Notes under the pieces: model-generated
Told to the model about the DNA's origin: nothing
The model's database searches: none
The model's input: the letters and a program-made list of their open reading frames with translations, nothing else
Made by a program: the position numbers and the translations under genes
Assembly (NCBI GenBank): GCA_045533905.1
Contig: JAZSIR010000017.1
Coordinates: 1 to 35,936 of the forward strand
From: Clostridia bacterium
GTDB lineage: Bacteria; Bacillota; Clostridia; UMGS1883; UMGS1540
DNA length: 35,936 nt
Reading direction: 5' to 3'
In this document: positions 8,345 through 17,899 of the stretch, piece by piece
Position numbering within the stretch: position 1 is the first letter of the stretch
How the letters are laid out: every line of letters begins with the position of its first letter

Positions 8345-9223
8345 ATGATAAAAAGTATGACCGGTTACGGCAGTGCCGAGCGCACAGGCTGTAATAAAAA
8401 ATTCACGGTAGAAATCCGGAGCGTAAACCACCGCTACAGTGATATCAATGTGAAAACGCCCAGAAGCTATGCATTTTTAGAAGACGCCATCCGAAAAGTT
8501 CTCGGCAAGGGCATCAGCCGCGGCAAGGTGGATGTATACCTTTCCGTAGAGAACGTAAGCGGGGAGGCCGGTGAGGTCTCCGTAAACCTCGATATTGCAA
8601 AAGGCTATTTCGAAGCGCTTTCGTCTCTGCGCGAAACGCTCGGTCTTTCCGACGTTATTTCCCTTCGGGATGTGGCCCGTTTCTCGGATGTATTTTCCGT
8701 AGAGCGTGCCGAGGAGGATACAGAGGCCGTGGAGGCGCTTGTGTGCGAAGCCGCCCGCGAAGCGGTAGAGGCACACGCCGCTATGCGTGAGAAGGAAGGC
8801 GAGCAGCTTTTTGCAGATCTAGCCGGAAACACGGATGCGATGGAAGCCTTGGTCGGCGAAGTGGAAGCACGCGCACCGAAAATCATTTCGGAATATCAGG
8901 CACGTCTTGAGGCCCGTATGCGCGAGATTCTCGAAAATGTGCCGATTGATGAAGGCCGTGTTCTAAGCGAGGTTGCCATTTTTGCAGATAAGGTCAATGT
9001 AAATGAGGAACTGATTCGCCTGCGCAGTCACATTATGCAGATGCGTTCGTTCTTGCAGGCGATTGAGCCGATCGGCCGTAAGATGGACTTCCTTGTGCAG
9101 GAAATGAACCGCGAAATCAACACAATCGGTTCCAAGTCCAACGACCTTGAGGTTGCAAGACTTGTTATTGATGTCAAAGCCGTGATTGAAAAACTGCGTG
9201 AGCAGATTCAGAATGTGGAGTAA
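8345..9223 (+). CDS. yloC: YicC/YloC-family endoribonuclease
   Basis: MIKSMTGYG, EIRSVNHRY, GRKMDFLVQEMNREINTIGSK and EQIQNVE. Confidence 0.95.
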   Translation: MIKSMTGYGSAERTGCNKKFTVEIRSVNHRYSDINVKTPRSYAFLEDAIRKVLGKGISRGKVDVYLSVENVSGEAGEVSVNLDIAKGYFEALSSLRETLGLSDVISLRDVARFSDVFSVERAEEDTEAVEALVCEAAREAVEAHAAMREKEGEQLFADLAGNTDAMEALVGEVEARAPKIISEYQARLEARMREILENVPIDEGRVLSEVAIFADKVNVNEELIRLRSHIMQMRSFLQAIEPIGRKMDFLVQEMNREINTIGSKSNDLEVARLVIDVKAVIEKLREQIQNVE

Positions 9224-9235
9224 GGAGACTTCGAA

Positions 9236-9499
9236 ATGAAACTTTTTAACATCGGTTTTGGAAACGTAGTTTCTTCCTCCCGTGTCATTGCGATTGTCAG
9301 CCCCGAATCGGCGCCTATAAAGCGCATCGTGCAGGAGGCGAAGGAAAGCGGAATGGCCATTGATGCTACATACGGCAGAAGAACAAGAGCCGTTCTTATT
9401 ATGGATAGCGGCCACGTGGTTCTGTCGGCCATTTTGCCCGATACGGCCGCCGGCAGACTTGCGAGTGTGGACGATACGGAGGAGACAGACCATGCGTAA
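9236..9499 (+). CDS. remA: RemA/DUF370-family regulator
   Basis: NIGFGNVV...SPESAPIKR...[12 protein letters not shown], in its conserved position before gmk. Confidence 0.93.
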   Translation: MKLFNIGFGNVVSSSRVIAIVSPESAPIKRIVQEAKESGMAIDATYGRRTRAVLIMDSGHVVLSAILPDTAAGRLASVDDTEETDHA

Positions 9500-10094
9500 A
9501 GGAATTTTATACGTAATTTCCGGCCCGTCGGGTGCAGGAAAGGGAACGGTGATGGCATCGTTTTTACCGCGGAATCCCGAAATGTTTTATTCCATCTCCG
9601 CCACCACGCGTGCCCCGCGCCCCGGTGAAAAAGACGGCGTAAATTATTACTTTATGGAAAAAGAAGCGTTTTTAGAGCTTCGGGAAAAGGGCGGATTTTT
9701 GGAGAGTGCCTCTTTTTGTGGAAACTATTATGGCACACCCCGGAAAGAAGTAATGGAGAAGCTCGAGCGCGGAATAGATGTAATTTTGGAAATTGAAGTG
9801 CAGGGAGCTATGCAGGTGATGGAATCGTATCCCGAGGGTGTATTCATTTTCATTGCACCGCCTTCAATGGAAGAACTTCGAAACCGCCTCTATGGGCGCA
9901 AAACAGAATCTGCCGATGTCATTGAAGCGCGCCTTGCGCGTGCCAGAGAGGAAATGGCACTTGCGGAGAAGTATACATACATCGTGATAAACGATGTGGC
10001 GGAAAAAGCGGCAGATGCCCTTTCCGCAATCAAAACGGCTGAGGAAAGCCGCAGCATACGGAATTTTGAAGCGATAAAGGAGAATGCGTTATGA
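9492..10094 (+). CDS. gmk: Guanylate kinase
   Basis: [23 protein letters not shown] and YYGT. Start moved to the ATG at 9492. Confidence 0.96.
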   Translation: MRKGILYVISGPSGAGKGTVMASFLPRNPEMFYSISATTRAPRPGEKDGVNYYFMEKEAFLELREKGGFLESASFCGNYYGTPRKEVMEKLERGIDVILEIEVQGAMQVMESYPEGVFIFIAPPSMEELRNRLYGRKTESADVIEARLARAREEMALAEKYTYIVINDVAEKAADALSAIKTAEESRSIRNFEAIKENAL

Positions 10095-10321
10095 TGATCA
10101 AACCCGGAATCAGTGAACTTATGGAGCATATGGACAGCCGCTACACACTGGCTATGATTGTGGCCAAGCGTGCAAGGGAGCTGGCCCTCGATACGGCAGC
10201 ACCGCTTGTGAAGGTAGACTCGGATAAGCCGGTTACCATCGCAGTAAACGAAGTGGCAGCAGGCCTTATAGAAGCTTCTGCACCTTTGGAAGAGGCAAGT
10301 GTATATTCTGCAGAAGAATAA
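10091..10321 (+). CDS. rpoZ: RNA polymerase omega subunit
   Basis: SRYTLAMIVAKRAREL and KPVTIAVNE; follows gmk. Confidence 0.95.
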   Translation: MMIKPGISELMEHMDSRYTLAMIVAKRARELALDTAAPLVKVDSDKPVTIAVNEVAAGLIEASAPLEEASVYSAEE

Positions 10322-10340
10322 ACTTTTCAGAAGTCGGTGA

Positions 10341-12728
10341 ATGGGATTGAAGTACGCAAGCGTCATTATTGACAGCCGAATAAGACAAGTCGATAAAGGT
10401 TTTTCCTACCGTATTCCGGATGCCCTTCTGGCATCCGCACGGGTAGGTGTGCGCGTGCGCGTCCCTTTTGGCGGCGGAAACCGCCACGCCGTAGGCTATA
10501 TCATCAAGGTGGAAGAAGGGCAGGAAAAGCCCGGCTGTAAGGATATTGCTGAGGTTTTGGACGAGACGCCGCTTTTTAACAGAGAGAAGCTACTCGAGGC
10601 GTACTGGATCAAGAACCGGTATTTTTCCACCTTTGCAGATGCCATAAAACTTTTCTTGCCGCCAGGTTCTGCGGCAAGTCTTACAGAATGGGTGCGCCTT
10701 GTAAATCGGGACGTGCCTATGGACAATATGGAGAAAAAAGCAGCGGATATTTTAACCGAAAATGGTGAGATATGCGCTTTTGCTGTCTTAAAGGAAGCTC
10801 TTGGAGCTCGTGCCCGCGCGGCGGTAAACAGCCTTCTTTCGAAAGGTTCGGTAGAAATTTCGCACACAACGGAGAAGAGGATCGGGCCCCGATATATGCG
10901 CGTCATCCGTTTTCAGAAGCCGCCGGAGAAAAAGATTTCCGAGGCGGCAGAGCGAGCCGTCCGTATTATGCGGGAGTGTGAATGCCTCACAGTGCCGGAT
11001 CTTTGCCTTTTTGCATCTGTGAGCGCTTCTACCGTGCGCACCCTTATCAAAAACGGTGTGTTTGCGGCCGAGGAAGTGAAAGTAAGCCGGACGCCGCATA
11101 AAAAGGCGGAAAGCGGCAATGGCGGCCGGCACGTTCTGACGGATGAGCAGGCAGAAACGGTGCGGGGCATTGAGAATCATCCCACGGAACCGTTTGTACC
11201 GATGCTTCTTCGCGGCGTTACGGGCAGCGGAAAAACAGAGGTGTATCTTGCGGCCATTGAAAAAGTGCTCGCGGAAGGGCAAAGCGCTATTGTCCTTGTT
11301 CCCGAGATCGCGCTGACACACCAGATGGTTAGCCGATTTTTAAGCCGTTTCGGGCGTACAACGGCGGTCCTGCATAGCGGCCTTTCGCTCGGGGAACGCC
11401 ACGATGAGTGGCTCCGCATCGCCAGAGGCGAAGCGCGGGTAGCTGTCGGTGCGCGAAGCGCTGTGTTTGCCCCTTGTCAGAATCTGGGGCTGATTATTAT
11501 CGACGAAGAACACGAGGATACCTATAAATCCGAAACCGGGGTTCGGTATCATGCAAGAGAAGTGGCAATGTGCCGCGCAAAAACAGAAGGCGCAAAGCTA
11601 CTGCTCGCTTCTGCCACCCCTTCTCTTGAAAGCTATTACCATGCGGAGAATGGAACATATGCGCTTTTTGAAATGCTTTCGCGCTATAACGATGCGCCAC
11701 TTCCAAAGGCTGTGATTATGGATATGCGCGAAGAACTCCGCCGCGGCAATGCTTCGCCCATAAGCCTTGCCCTTCGCAAGGAAATTGAAAAAAATATAGA
11801 GGCGGGGGAGCAGAGTATTCTGTTTCTCAATCGGCGCGGCTATGCAACGGTCGTGGCCTGCCGCAGCTGCGGGTATGTGGAAATGTGCCCGAATTGCAGT
11901 ATTTCCCTCACCTATCACAGCTTCAGCGATACCTTAAATTGCCACCACTGCGGCTATAAAAAGAAAAGCACAAAGGAATGTCCCTCCTGCCACAGTCCCC
12001 ACCTTATGGGGCACGGCACGGGCACACAAAAAATCGAGGAGGCAGCAGAGGACGAATTTCCGTCCGCCCGCATTATTCGTATGGATGTGGATACCACGCA
12101 GAAAAAGGAAGCGCACGAGAAAATTTTAACGCGCTTTCGCGATGAAAATATAGAGATTTTGCTCGGCACGCAGATGATTGCCAAAGGGCTGGATTTCCCG
12201 AATGTAACCCTCGTCGGCGTTCTGAATGCCGACCAGTCGCTCGGGATGAGTGATTACCGCGCCGCGGAGCGCACCTTCAGCCTTATCACCCAGGTGTCGG
12301 GCCGAAGCGGCCGTGGCGAGAAGGCAGGCCGAACGGTGATTCAGACGTATTCGCCCGAAAGCGCCGTGATTCTCGAAGCCGCGCGGCACGATTACAAGGC
12401 GTTTTATGACGAGGAAATCCTTCTCAGAAAAGCTTTGAATTATCCGCCGTTTTGTGATATAATAAATATACTTGTTTCCGGCAGGGAAGAGGAAAAAGTG
12501 CAAAAGGCCGCACAAGCGCTTTATAAAAAAATCGAAGCGGCGCTCGGCGGGGAAGTGCAGCTTTTCCGTGCAGCGCCCTGCGGCGTGCACAAGGTAAAGA
12601 ATATGTACAGATGGCACGTGTGGATGAAGGGAAGGCTCACAAAGGATATGGCCGCCCGCCTTCGCACTGTGATCGAGAGTGAGAAAACACTGTCTGTGAT
12701 TGTGGATGTGAATCCGCATACGCTTTAG
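10341..12728 (+). CDS. priA: Primosomal protein N' (replication restart helicase)
   Basis: GVTGSGKTEVY, LVPEIALT, DEEH, four CxxC pairs and GTQMIAKGLDFP. Confidence 0.97.
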   Translation: MGLKYASVIIDSRIRQVDKGFSYRIPDALLASARVGVRVRVPFGGGNRHAVGYIIKVEEGQEKPGCKDIAEVLDETPLFNREKLLEAYWIKNRYFSTFADAIKLFLPPGSAASLTEWVRLVNRDVPMDNMEKKAADILTENGEICAFAVLKEALGARARAAVNSLLSKGSVEISHTTEKRIGPRYMRVIRFQKPPEKKISEAAERAVRIMRECECLTVPDLCLFASVSASTVRTLIKNGVFAAEEVKVSRTPHKKAESGNGGRHVLTDEQAETVRGIENHPTEPFVPMLLRGVTGSGKTEVYLAAIEKVLAEGQSAIVLVPEIALTHQMVSRFLSRFGRTTAVLHSGLSLGERHDEWLRIARGEARVAVGARSAVFAPCQNLGLIIIDEEHEDTYKSETGVRYHAREVAMCRAKTEGAKLLLASATPSLESYYHAENGTYALFEMLSRYNDAPLPKAVIMDMREELRRGNASPISLALRKEIEKNIEAGEQSILFLNRRGYATVVACRSCGYVEMCPNCSISLTYHSFSDTLNCHHCGYKKKSTKECPSCHSPHLMGHGTGTQKIEEAAEDEFPSARIIRMDVDTTQKKEAHEKILTRFRDENIEILLGTQMIAKGLDFPNVTLVGVLNADQSLGMSDYRAAERTFSLITQVSGRSGRGEKAGRTVIQTYSPESAVILEAARHDYKAFYDEEILLRKALNYPPFCDIINILVSGREEEKVQKAAQALYKKIEAALGGEVQLFRAAPCGVHKVKNMYRWHVWMKGRLTKDMAARLRTVIESEKTLSVIVDVNPHTL

Positions 12729-12758
12729 AAAACGCAAAAAGAAAGAAGGAAAACCGAA

Positions 12759-13229
12759 ATGTCCGTCAGAAATATCAGAATTATAGGGGATGAGCTTCTC
12801 AGAAAGCGCTCCCGTGAAATAGAGAATATCGATGAGAGAATCCTCACGCTTTTGGACGATATGAAAGAAACAATGTACGAAGCGTGCGGCGTAGGCCTTG
12901 CGGCACCGCAGGTCGGCGTTTTGCGCCGCGTTGTGGTCATTGATGTGGGCGAGGAATTCGGGGATGGCTATATTGAACTGATAAACCCGGAAATCATCGA
13001 AAGCGCAGGCGAACAGGATGGCGCGGAAGGGTGCCTCAGCGTGCCGGAATATATCGGCACCGTAAAACGCCCCGAAACTGTAACCGTGCGCGCGATGGAC
13101 AGAAACGGCAAAACTTTTGAAAAAACTGTTTCGGGCTTTTTTGCCCGTGCCGTTTGCCACGAGCTGGACCATCTCGACGGTGTTTTGTTCGTAGACCGTG
13201 CTGACGAAATCGAAAAACGAGAGGAATAG
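12759..13229 (+). CDS. def: Peptide deformylase
   Basis: [13 protein letters not shown] and HELDH. Confidence 0.97.
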   Translation: MSVRNIRIIGDELLRKRSREIENIDERILTLLDDMKETMYEACGVGLAAPQVGVLRRVVVIDVGEEFGDGYIELINPEIIESAGEQDGAEGCLSVPEYIGTVKRPETVTVRAMDRNGKTFEKTVSGFFARAVCHELDHLDGVLFVDRADEIEKREE

Positions 13230-13234
13230 ATAAA

Positions 13235-14176
13235 ATGCGAATTGTATATATGGGAACGCCCGATTTTGCGGCCACCGTTCTGGAAGGCATCTGCCGCACG
13301 GAGCACGAAATCGTAGGCGTCATTTCCCAGCCCGATAAACCGAAAAACCGCGGTATGCATCTGGAGCCGACGCCGGTCAAAGCATACGCGCTTTCTCAAA
13401 ACATTCCCGTCTATCAGCCGGAAACGCTCCGCGATAAGGCCATTTTGCCGTATCTCGAAGAAGCAAAGCCGGATATCATAGTAGTAGTCGCATACGGGAA
13501 GCTTCTTCCTGAATATGTGCTTTCTTTCCCGAAATACGGGTGTATCAATATGCATGCATCCCTTCTGCCGAAGTACAGAGGGGCGGCGCCCATTCAGTGG
13601 AGCATTTTAAACGGCGAAGCGGAAACGGGCGTTACGAGTATGTATATGGAAAAAGGGCTCGACACGGGCGATATGATTCTGAAAACGCGCGTGCCGATTA
13701 CAAGAGAAGATACTGCCGCCTCGCTTCACGATAAGCTCGCCGAGGCCGCGGCCGCGCTTGCGGTAGAAACGCTTTCGGCGATTGAAAACGGCACGGCACC
13801 GCGCGAAGCGCAGGACGATGCTGCCTCCACATACGCCCCGCTTCTTACAAAGGAACTCGGGGATATCGACTGGCAGAAGACCAGCCGCGAAATTTTAGAT
13901 ACCGTCCGCGGATTATTTCCGTGGCCCGGTGCATATTCCTCTATAGATGGGGAACGGATAAAGATAATCGCCGCAAAAGAAGCAGAAGGGAAAGGAGCCC
14001 CCGGCGAGGTTATCAAAAGCCGCGGCGCGCTCATCGTTGCCACGGGTGACGGTGCGATTGAAATTTCTGAGCTGCAGCTTCCCGGCAAAAAGAAAATGAC
14101 GGCGGCGGCCTCTCTCGCAGGGAATCCCATCGAAGAGGGGACAATTTTGAAAAAGGTTACGGACGGAAAGGAATAA
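13235..14176 (+). CDS. fmt: Methionyl-tRNA formyltransferase
   Basis: MGTPDFA, NMHASLLPKYRGAAPI and GLDTGD. Confidence 0.97.
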   Translation: MRIVYMGTPDFAATVLEGICRTEHEIVGVISQPDKPKNRGMHLEPTPVKAYALSQNIPVYQPETLRDKAILPYLEEAKPDIIVVVAYGKLLPEYVLSFPKYGCINMHASLLPKYRGAAPIQWSILNGEAETGVTSMYMEKGLDTGDMILKTRVPITREDTAASLHDKLAEAAAALAVETLSAIENGTAPREAQDDAASTYAPLLTKELGDIDWQKTSREILDTVRGLFPWPGAYSSIDGERIKIIAAKEAEGKGAPGEVIKSRGALIVATGDGAIEISELQLPGKKKMTAAASLAGNPIEEGTILKKVTDGKE

Positions 14177-14179
14177 AAA

Positions 14180-14878
14180 ATGCCCTATTTTTATTATGAC
14201 CCCACATATTTGCTTTTGCTCCCTGCCATTATTCTGGCGCTCTATGCACAAACAAAGGTGCAAAGCACCTACGCGAAGTTTTCGAAGGTTGGAAACAGCC
14301 GCGGCCTCACGGGCGCGGAGGCGGCCAGAAGAATTTTAGACAGAAACGGCCTCGGCCACGTTACAATCGAACAGATTGGCGGCAATCTGAGCGACCATTA
14401 TGACCCGCGTGCAAATGTTGTGCGCCTTTCTTCTGCCGTTTACAGCGGCGCATCCATTGCGGCCGTCGGTGTTGCGGCGCACGAGGTGGGGCACGCGATT
14501 CAGCATAACACGGGATACGTTCCCATCAAATTGAGAAACACCGTGCTGCCTGCCGCGCAAATCGGGTCAGCGCTTGCGATTCCGCTTGTCTTTATCGGTA
14601 TTTTGTTTTCCGCCTTTGAGGTGCTCATTCCAGTCGGCATTTTCCTCTATGCCGGCGTTGTGGCCTTTCAGCTTGTGACGCTTCCGGTAGAGCTCAATGC
14701 AAGCCGAAGAGCACTTTCTACCGTATATGAAATCGGTTTCCTCGATGCCGAAGAAACCCGTGGCGCCAAAAAGGTGCTTTCCGCGGCGGCGCTTACGTAT
14801 ATTGCCGCGGCGGCCAGTGCCGTCCTCCAGCTTTTAAGGCTTGTGCTTTTGGCCGGAAACAGCAGAAGGAGAGACTAA
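14180..14878 (+). CDS. Membrane zinc metallopeptidase (YugP-like)
   Basis: LSDHYDP, AAHEVGHA, TLPVELNAS and AAALTY. Confidence 0.9.
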   Translation: MPYFYYDPTYLLLLPAIILALYAQTKVQSTYAKFSKVGNSRGLTGAEAARRILDRNGLGHVTIEQIGGNLSDHYDPRANVVRLSSAVYSGASIAAVGVAAHEVGHAIQHNTGYVPIKLRNTVLPAAQIGSALAIPLVFIGILFSAFEVLIPVGIFLYAGVVAFQLVTLPVELNASRRALSTVYEIGFLDAEETRGAKKVLSAAALTYIAAAASAVLQLLRLVLLAGNSRRRD

Positions 14879-16131
14879 TGCCCAGAGAAACAGCGCTTCG
14901 TATTTTACTGGAAATTACAGAAAAAGGTGCATATGCAGACCTTGCTGTCAAAAACGGCCTTGCGGTTTCCCGCCTTGAAAAACGCGATAGGGCCCTTGCC
15001 ACAAGTCTTGCATACGGCACTGTGCAAAATATGCGGTTTATTGATTATCAGATTGAGTCCGTTTCGGCAAGGCCCTTAAAAAGCCTGACGCCTGCCATTC
15101 GGGAGATTCTACGTATGGCGGTGTACCAGATTCGGTTTATGGACCGTATCCCGCCGCGCGCCGCGGTGAATGAAGCGGTAAATATGGCAAAGCGCCATGC
15201 ATATTCGGCTTCCTCCTATGTAAACGGCGTGCTCCGGAATATTCTGCGCCGCGGGTTTGTACTGCCTGAGCCGATAAAGGAACGCCTTGCGGTAGAGTAT
15301 TCCTATCCCGACTTTTTAGTGGATGTATGGCTGAAAAGATACGGTGCTGTGGAGTGCGAGGCACTTCTTAAAGCCGGTAACGCCGTGCCGCCGCTTTCCG
15401 TGCGCGTCAATCCTCTCCGGGCAGGGCTTGGCGAAATCGAAAGTGTTTGCAAAGCGCATAAAACGGCCACCCCGTATGGCCTACATATAGAAGAGCCTTC
15501 GAATATTGCAGAAACCGATATGTTTCGTGCGGGGCTTCTTTCCATTCAGGATATCGGCGCGCAGATGGCAAGCCTTATGCTCGATCCCCATCCCGGTGAC
15601 CGTGTCCTTGATATGTGCGCCGCACCCGGCGGTAAAACCACGCATATGGCAGAACTTATGCAAAATGAAGGCGAGATTCTGGCGTGGGATATACACGGAC
15701 ATAAGGTAGAACTTGTCAGAAAGAATGCCGCGCGCCTTGGCATTTCCATTATCAGGGCCGAGACGCAGGACGCCCGCGCGCTGGATACCACCCGTATCGG
15801 CTACTATGACAAGGTAATGGCGGATGTTCCCTGCTCCGGGCTTGGCATCATCCGGAAAAAGCCGGATATCAAATGGCAGAAAACGGCGGAGGATATCGGT
15901 GCGCTTACGAAAACACAGGCACAGATTCTGGAGTGCGCCGCAAAATATGTGCGCGAGGGTGGCGACCTTCTTTATTGCACCTGCACAATCAACACGGCCG
16001 AAAACGAGGAAATTGTGGATGCCTTTCTTGCGGCGCATCCGGAGTTTTCGCTTTTTGAGCCGTATCGCCAGCTCCTTCCGCACAAAGATAATACAGACGG
16101 ATTCTTTATGGCAAAGCTGAGGAAAAGATGA
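14878..16131 (+). CDS. rsmB: 16S rRNA m5C967 methyltransferase RsmB
   Basis: NusB-like N-terminus (AAVNEAV, VNGVLRN), LDMCAAPGGKT, DVPCSG and TC. Confidence 0.95.
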   Translation: MPRETALRILLEITEKGAYADLAVKNGLAVSRLEKRDRALATSLAYGTVQNMRFIDYQIESVSARPLKSLTPAIREILRMAVYQIRFMDRIPPRAAVNEAVNMAKRHAYSASSYVNGVLRNILRRGFVLPEPIKERLAVEYSYPDFLVDVWLKRYGAVECEALLKAGNAVPPLSVRVNPLRAGLGEIESVCKAHKTATPYGLHIEEPSNIAETDMFRAGLLSIQDIGAQMASLMLDPHPGDRVLDMCAAPGGKTTHMAELMQNEGEILAWDIHGHKVELVRKNAARLGISIIRAETQDARALDTTRIGYYDKVMADVPCSGLGIIRKKPDIKWQKTAEDIGALTKTQAQILECAAKYVREGGDLLYCTCTINTAENEEIVDAFLAAHPEFSLFEPYRQLLPHKDNTDGFFMAKLRKR

Positions 16132-17156
16132 AAGTAAATATTTACGATTTTACGCCGGAGGGGCTTCGGGATGCACTTTCAGATGTGCCCGCCTTCCGCG
16201 CGAAACAAATTTATAAATGGCTGTATCAGGGCGCCGCGCCTGCGGAGATGACGAATGTGCCGAAGGACCTGCGCACGAGGCTTACGGAAGAATTTTATGC
16301 CGAGCTTCCGCGCGTGGATACGAAGCTTGTTTCCAAAATGGACGGCACGGTGAAATACCTTTTTCGTATGGCGGATGATGCAGGGATTGAGAGCGTTGTG
16401 ATGCGCTATCACCACGGAAACAGCATCTGTGTGTCCTCGCAGGCAGGATGCCGTATGGGATGCGCGTTTTGCGCTTCCACGATTGACGGGCTTGACAGAA
16501 ATCTCACAGCAGGCGAAATTATAGGGCAGGTGCTTGCGGCAGAAAAAGACCTTGGTGAAAAGATTTCCCACATCGTGATTATGGGAAGCGGTGAGCCCCT
16601 CGATAACTATGAGAACGTACTCACCTTTATCCGAAACGCCATTCATCCTGAAGGGCTCGGCATTTCTGCACGGCATATCACACTTTCTACCTGCGGCATC
16701 CTAAAGGGGATGCAGCGGCTCGGGGAAGAGAAACTGCCTATAAATCTTGCCATTTCTCTTCATGCACCGAACGATGAAATCCGGAAAACGCTGATGCCTA
16801 TCGCCAAAAGCGTTTCTATCGATACACTTTTGTCGGAGGCAAGAGCCTATTTCGCAAAAACACACCGCCGCATCACGATTGAATACGCGCTGATTCGCGG
16901 CGTGAATGACAGCGAGGCGTGTGCGGAGGAACTTGCGGCCAGAATCGGCCGCGGGGGTGACTTTCACGTAAATCTCATTCCTGTAAACAGCATTGAAGAA
17001 AGAACGTTTCGGCGGAGCACCCGGGAAGAAGCGGAAATGTTTGCAAATATACTGGAGAAAGCCGGCATCCGTGCAACGGTACGCCGGAAAATGGGCGCGG
17101 ATATTGATGCCGCCTGCGGGCAGCTTCGCCGAGCCAAAAAGGGGAAAAGCATATGA
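16128..17156 (+). CDS. rlmN: 23S rRNA m2A2503 methyltransferase RlmN (radical SAM)
   Basis: CVSSQAGCRMGCAFC, MGSGEP, ISLHAP and DIDAACGQL. Confidence 0.96.
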   Translation: MKVNIYDFTPEGLRDALSDVPAFRAKQIYKWLYQGAAPAEMTNVPKDLRTRLTEEFYAELPRVDTKLVSKMDGTVKYLFRMADDAGIESVVMRYHHGNSICVSSQAGCRMGCAFCASTIDGLDRNLTAGEIIGQVLAAEKDLGEKISHIVIMGSGEPLDNYENVLTFIRNAIHPEGLGISARHITLSTCGILKGMQRLGEEKLPINLAISLHAPNDEIRKTLMPIAKSVSIDTLLSEARAYFAKTHRRITIEYALIRGVNDSEACAEELAARIGRGGDFHVNLIPVNSIEERTFRRSTREEAEMFANILEKAGIRATVRRKMGADIDAACGQLRRAKKGKSI

Positions 17157-17899
17157 TTGCATTTGCGATGAAAACCGATATTGGAAGGGAACGTGCGGAA
17201 AATCAGGACTTTTGCCTGGCTTCGCCGGAAAAACCGCATCTTTTCGTGCTTTGTGACGGAATGGGCGGCCATCAGAGCGGCGATATAGCAAGCCGCACGG
17301 CGGCCGAGAGCATTAAAACATATGTCCGTATGCAGAATACGATGGATCTCGACGGCAAGAAGGCAGAAAAAATTCTGAAAAATGCGCTTTCCTATGCAAA
17401 TAATGTGGTATACACAAGGGCAAAGGAGAGTGCGGCACTGGCCGGTATGGGTACAACGGCGGATGTGTGTCTCTTTGATTTTGATGCGCTGTATATTTCC
17501 CATGTGGGGGACAGTCGCGTGTATCTTCTCCGCGCAGGCGTTTTAACAAAGCTCACGCGTGACCATTCGCTTGTGGAGGAGCTTCTTGAAAGCGGTATGA
17601 TTACCGAAGAGGAAGCCGCAAAGCACCCGAATAAAAATGTGATTACCCGCGCCGTCGGCACAAACCGCACCGTAAAGCCCGATTTTGTCGAGCTGACGCT
17701 TTCGAAAGACGATATCATCCTGATGTGCTCGGACGGGCTCAGTAATATGCTTTCGGAAACGGACATCAAGAATATGCTGATTTCTTCAGAAAATCCGGAG
17801 GAGGTTACGGACAATTTAATTGCCCGTGCGTGCCAAAACGGAGGAAAAGATAACATCACCGTAGTGGTGATCAGAAAGCTTGCAAAGGAGGAAGCGTAA
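17153..17899 (+). CDS. prpC: PP2C-type Ser/Thr phosphatase (PrpC/Stp1)
   Basis: TDIG..R..NQD, DGMGGH, GMGTT, HVGDSR, CSDGL and GGKDN. Confidence 0.95.
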   Translation: MIAFAMKTDIGRERAENQDFCLASPEKPHLFVLCDGMGGHQSGDIASRTAAESIKTYVRMQNTMDLDGKKAEKILKNALSYANNVVYTRAKESAALAGMGTTADVCLFDFDALYISHVGDSRVYLLRAGVLTKLTRDHSLVEELLESGMITEEEAAKHPNKNVITRAVGTNRTVKPDFVELTLSKDDIILMCSDGLSNMLSETDIKNMLISSENPEEVTDNLIARACQNGGKDNITVVVIRKLAKEEA

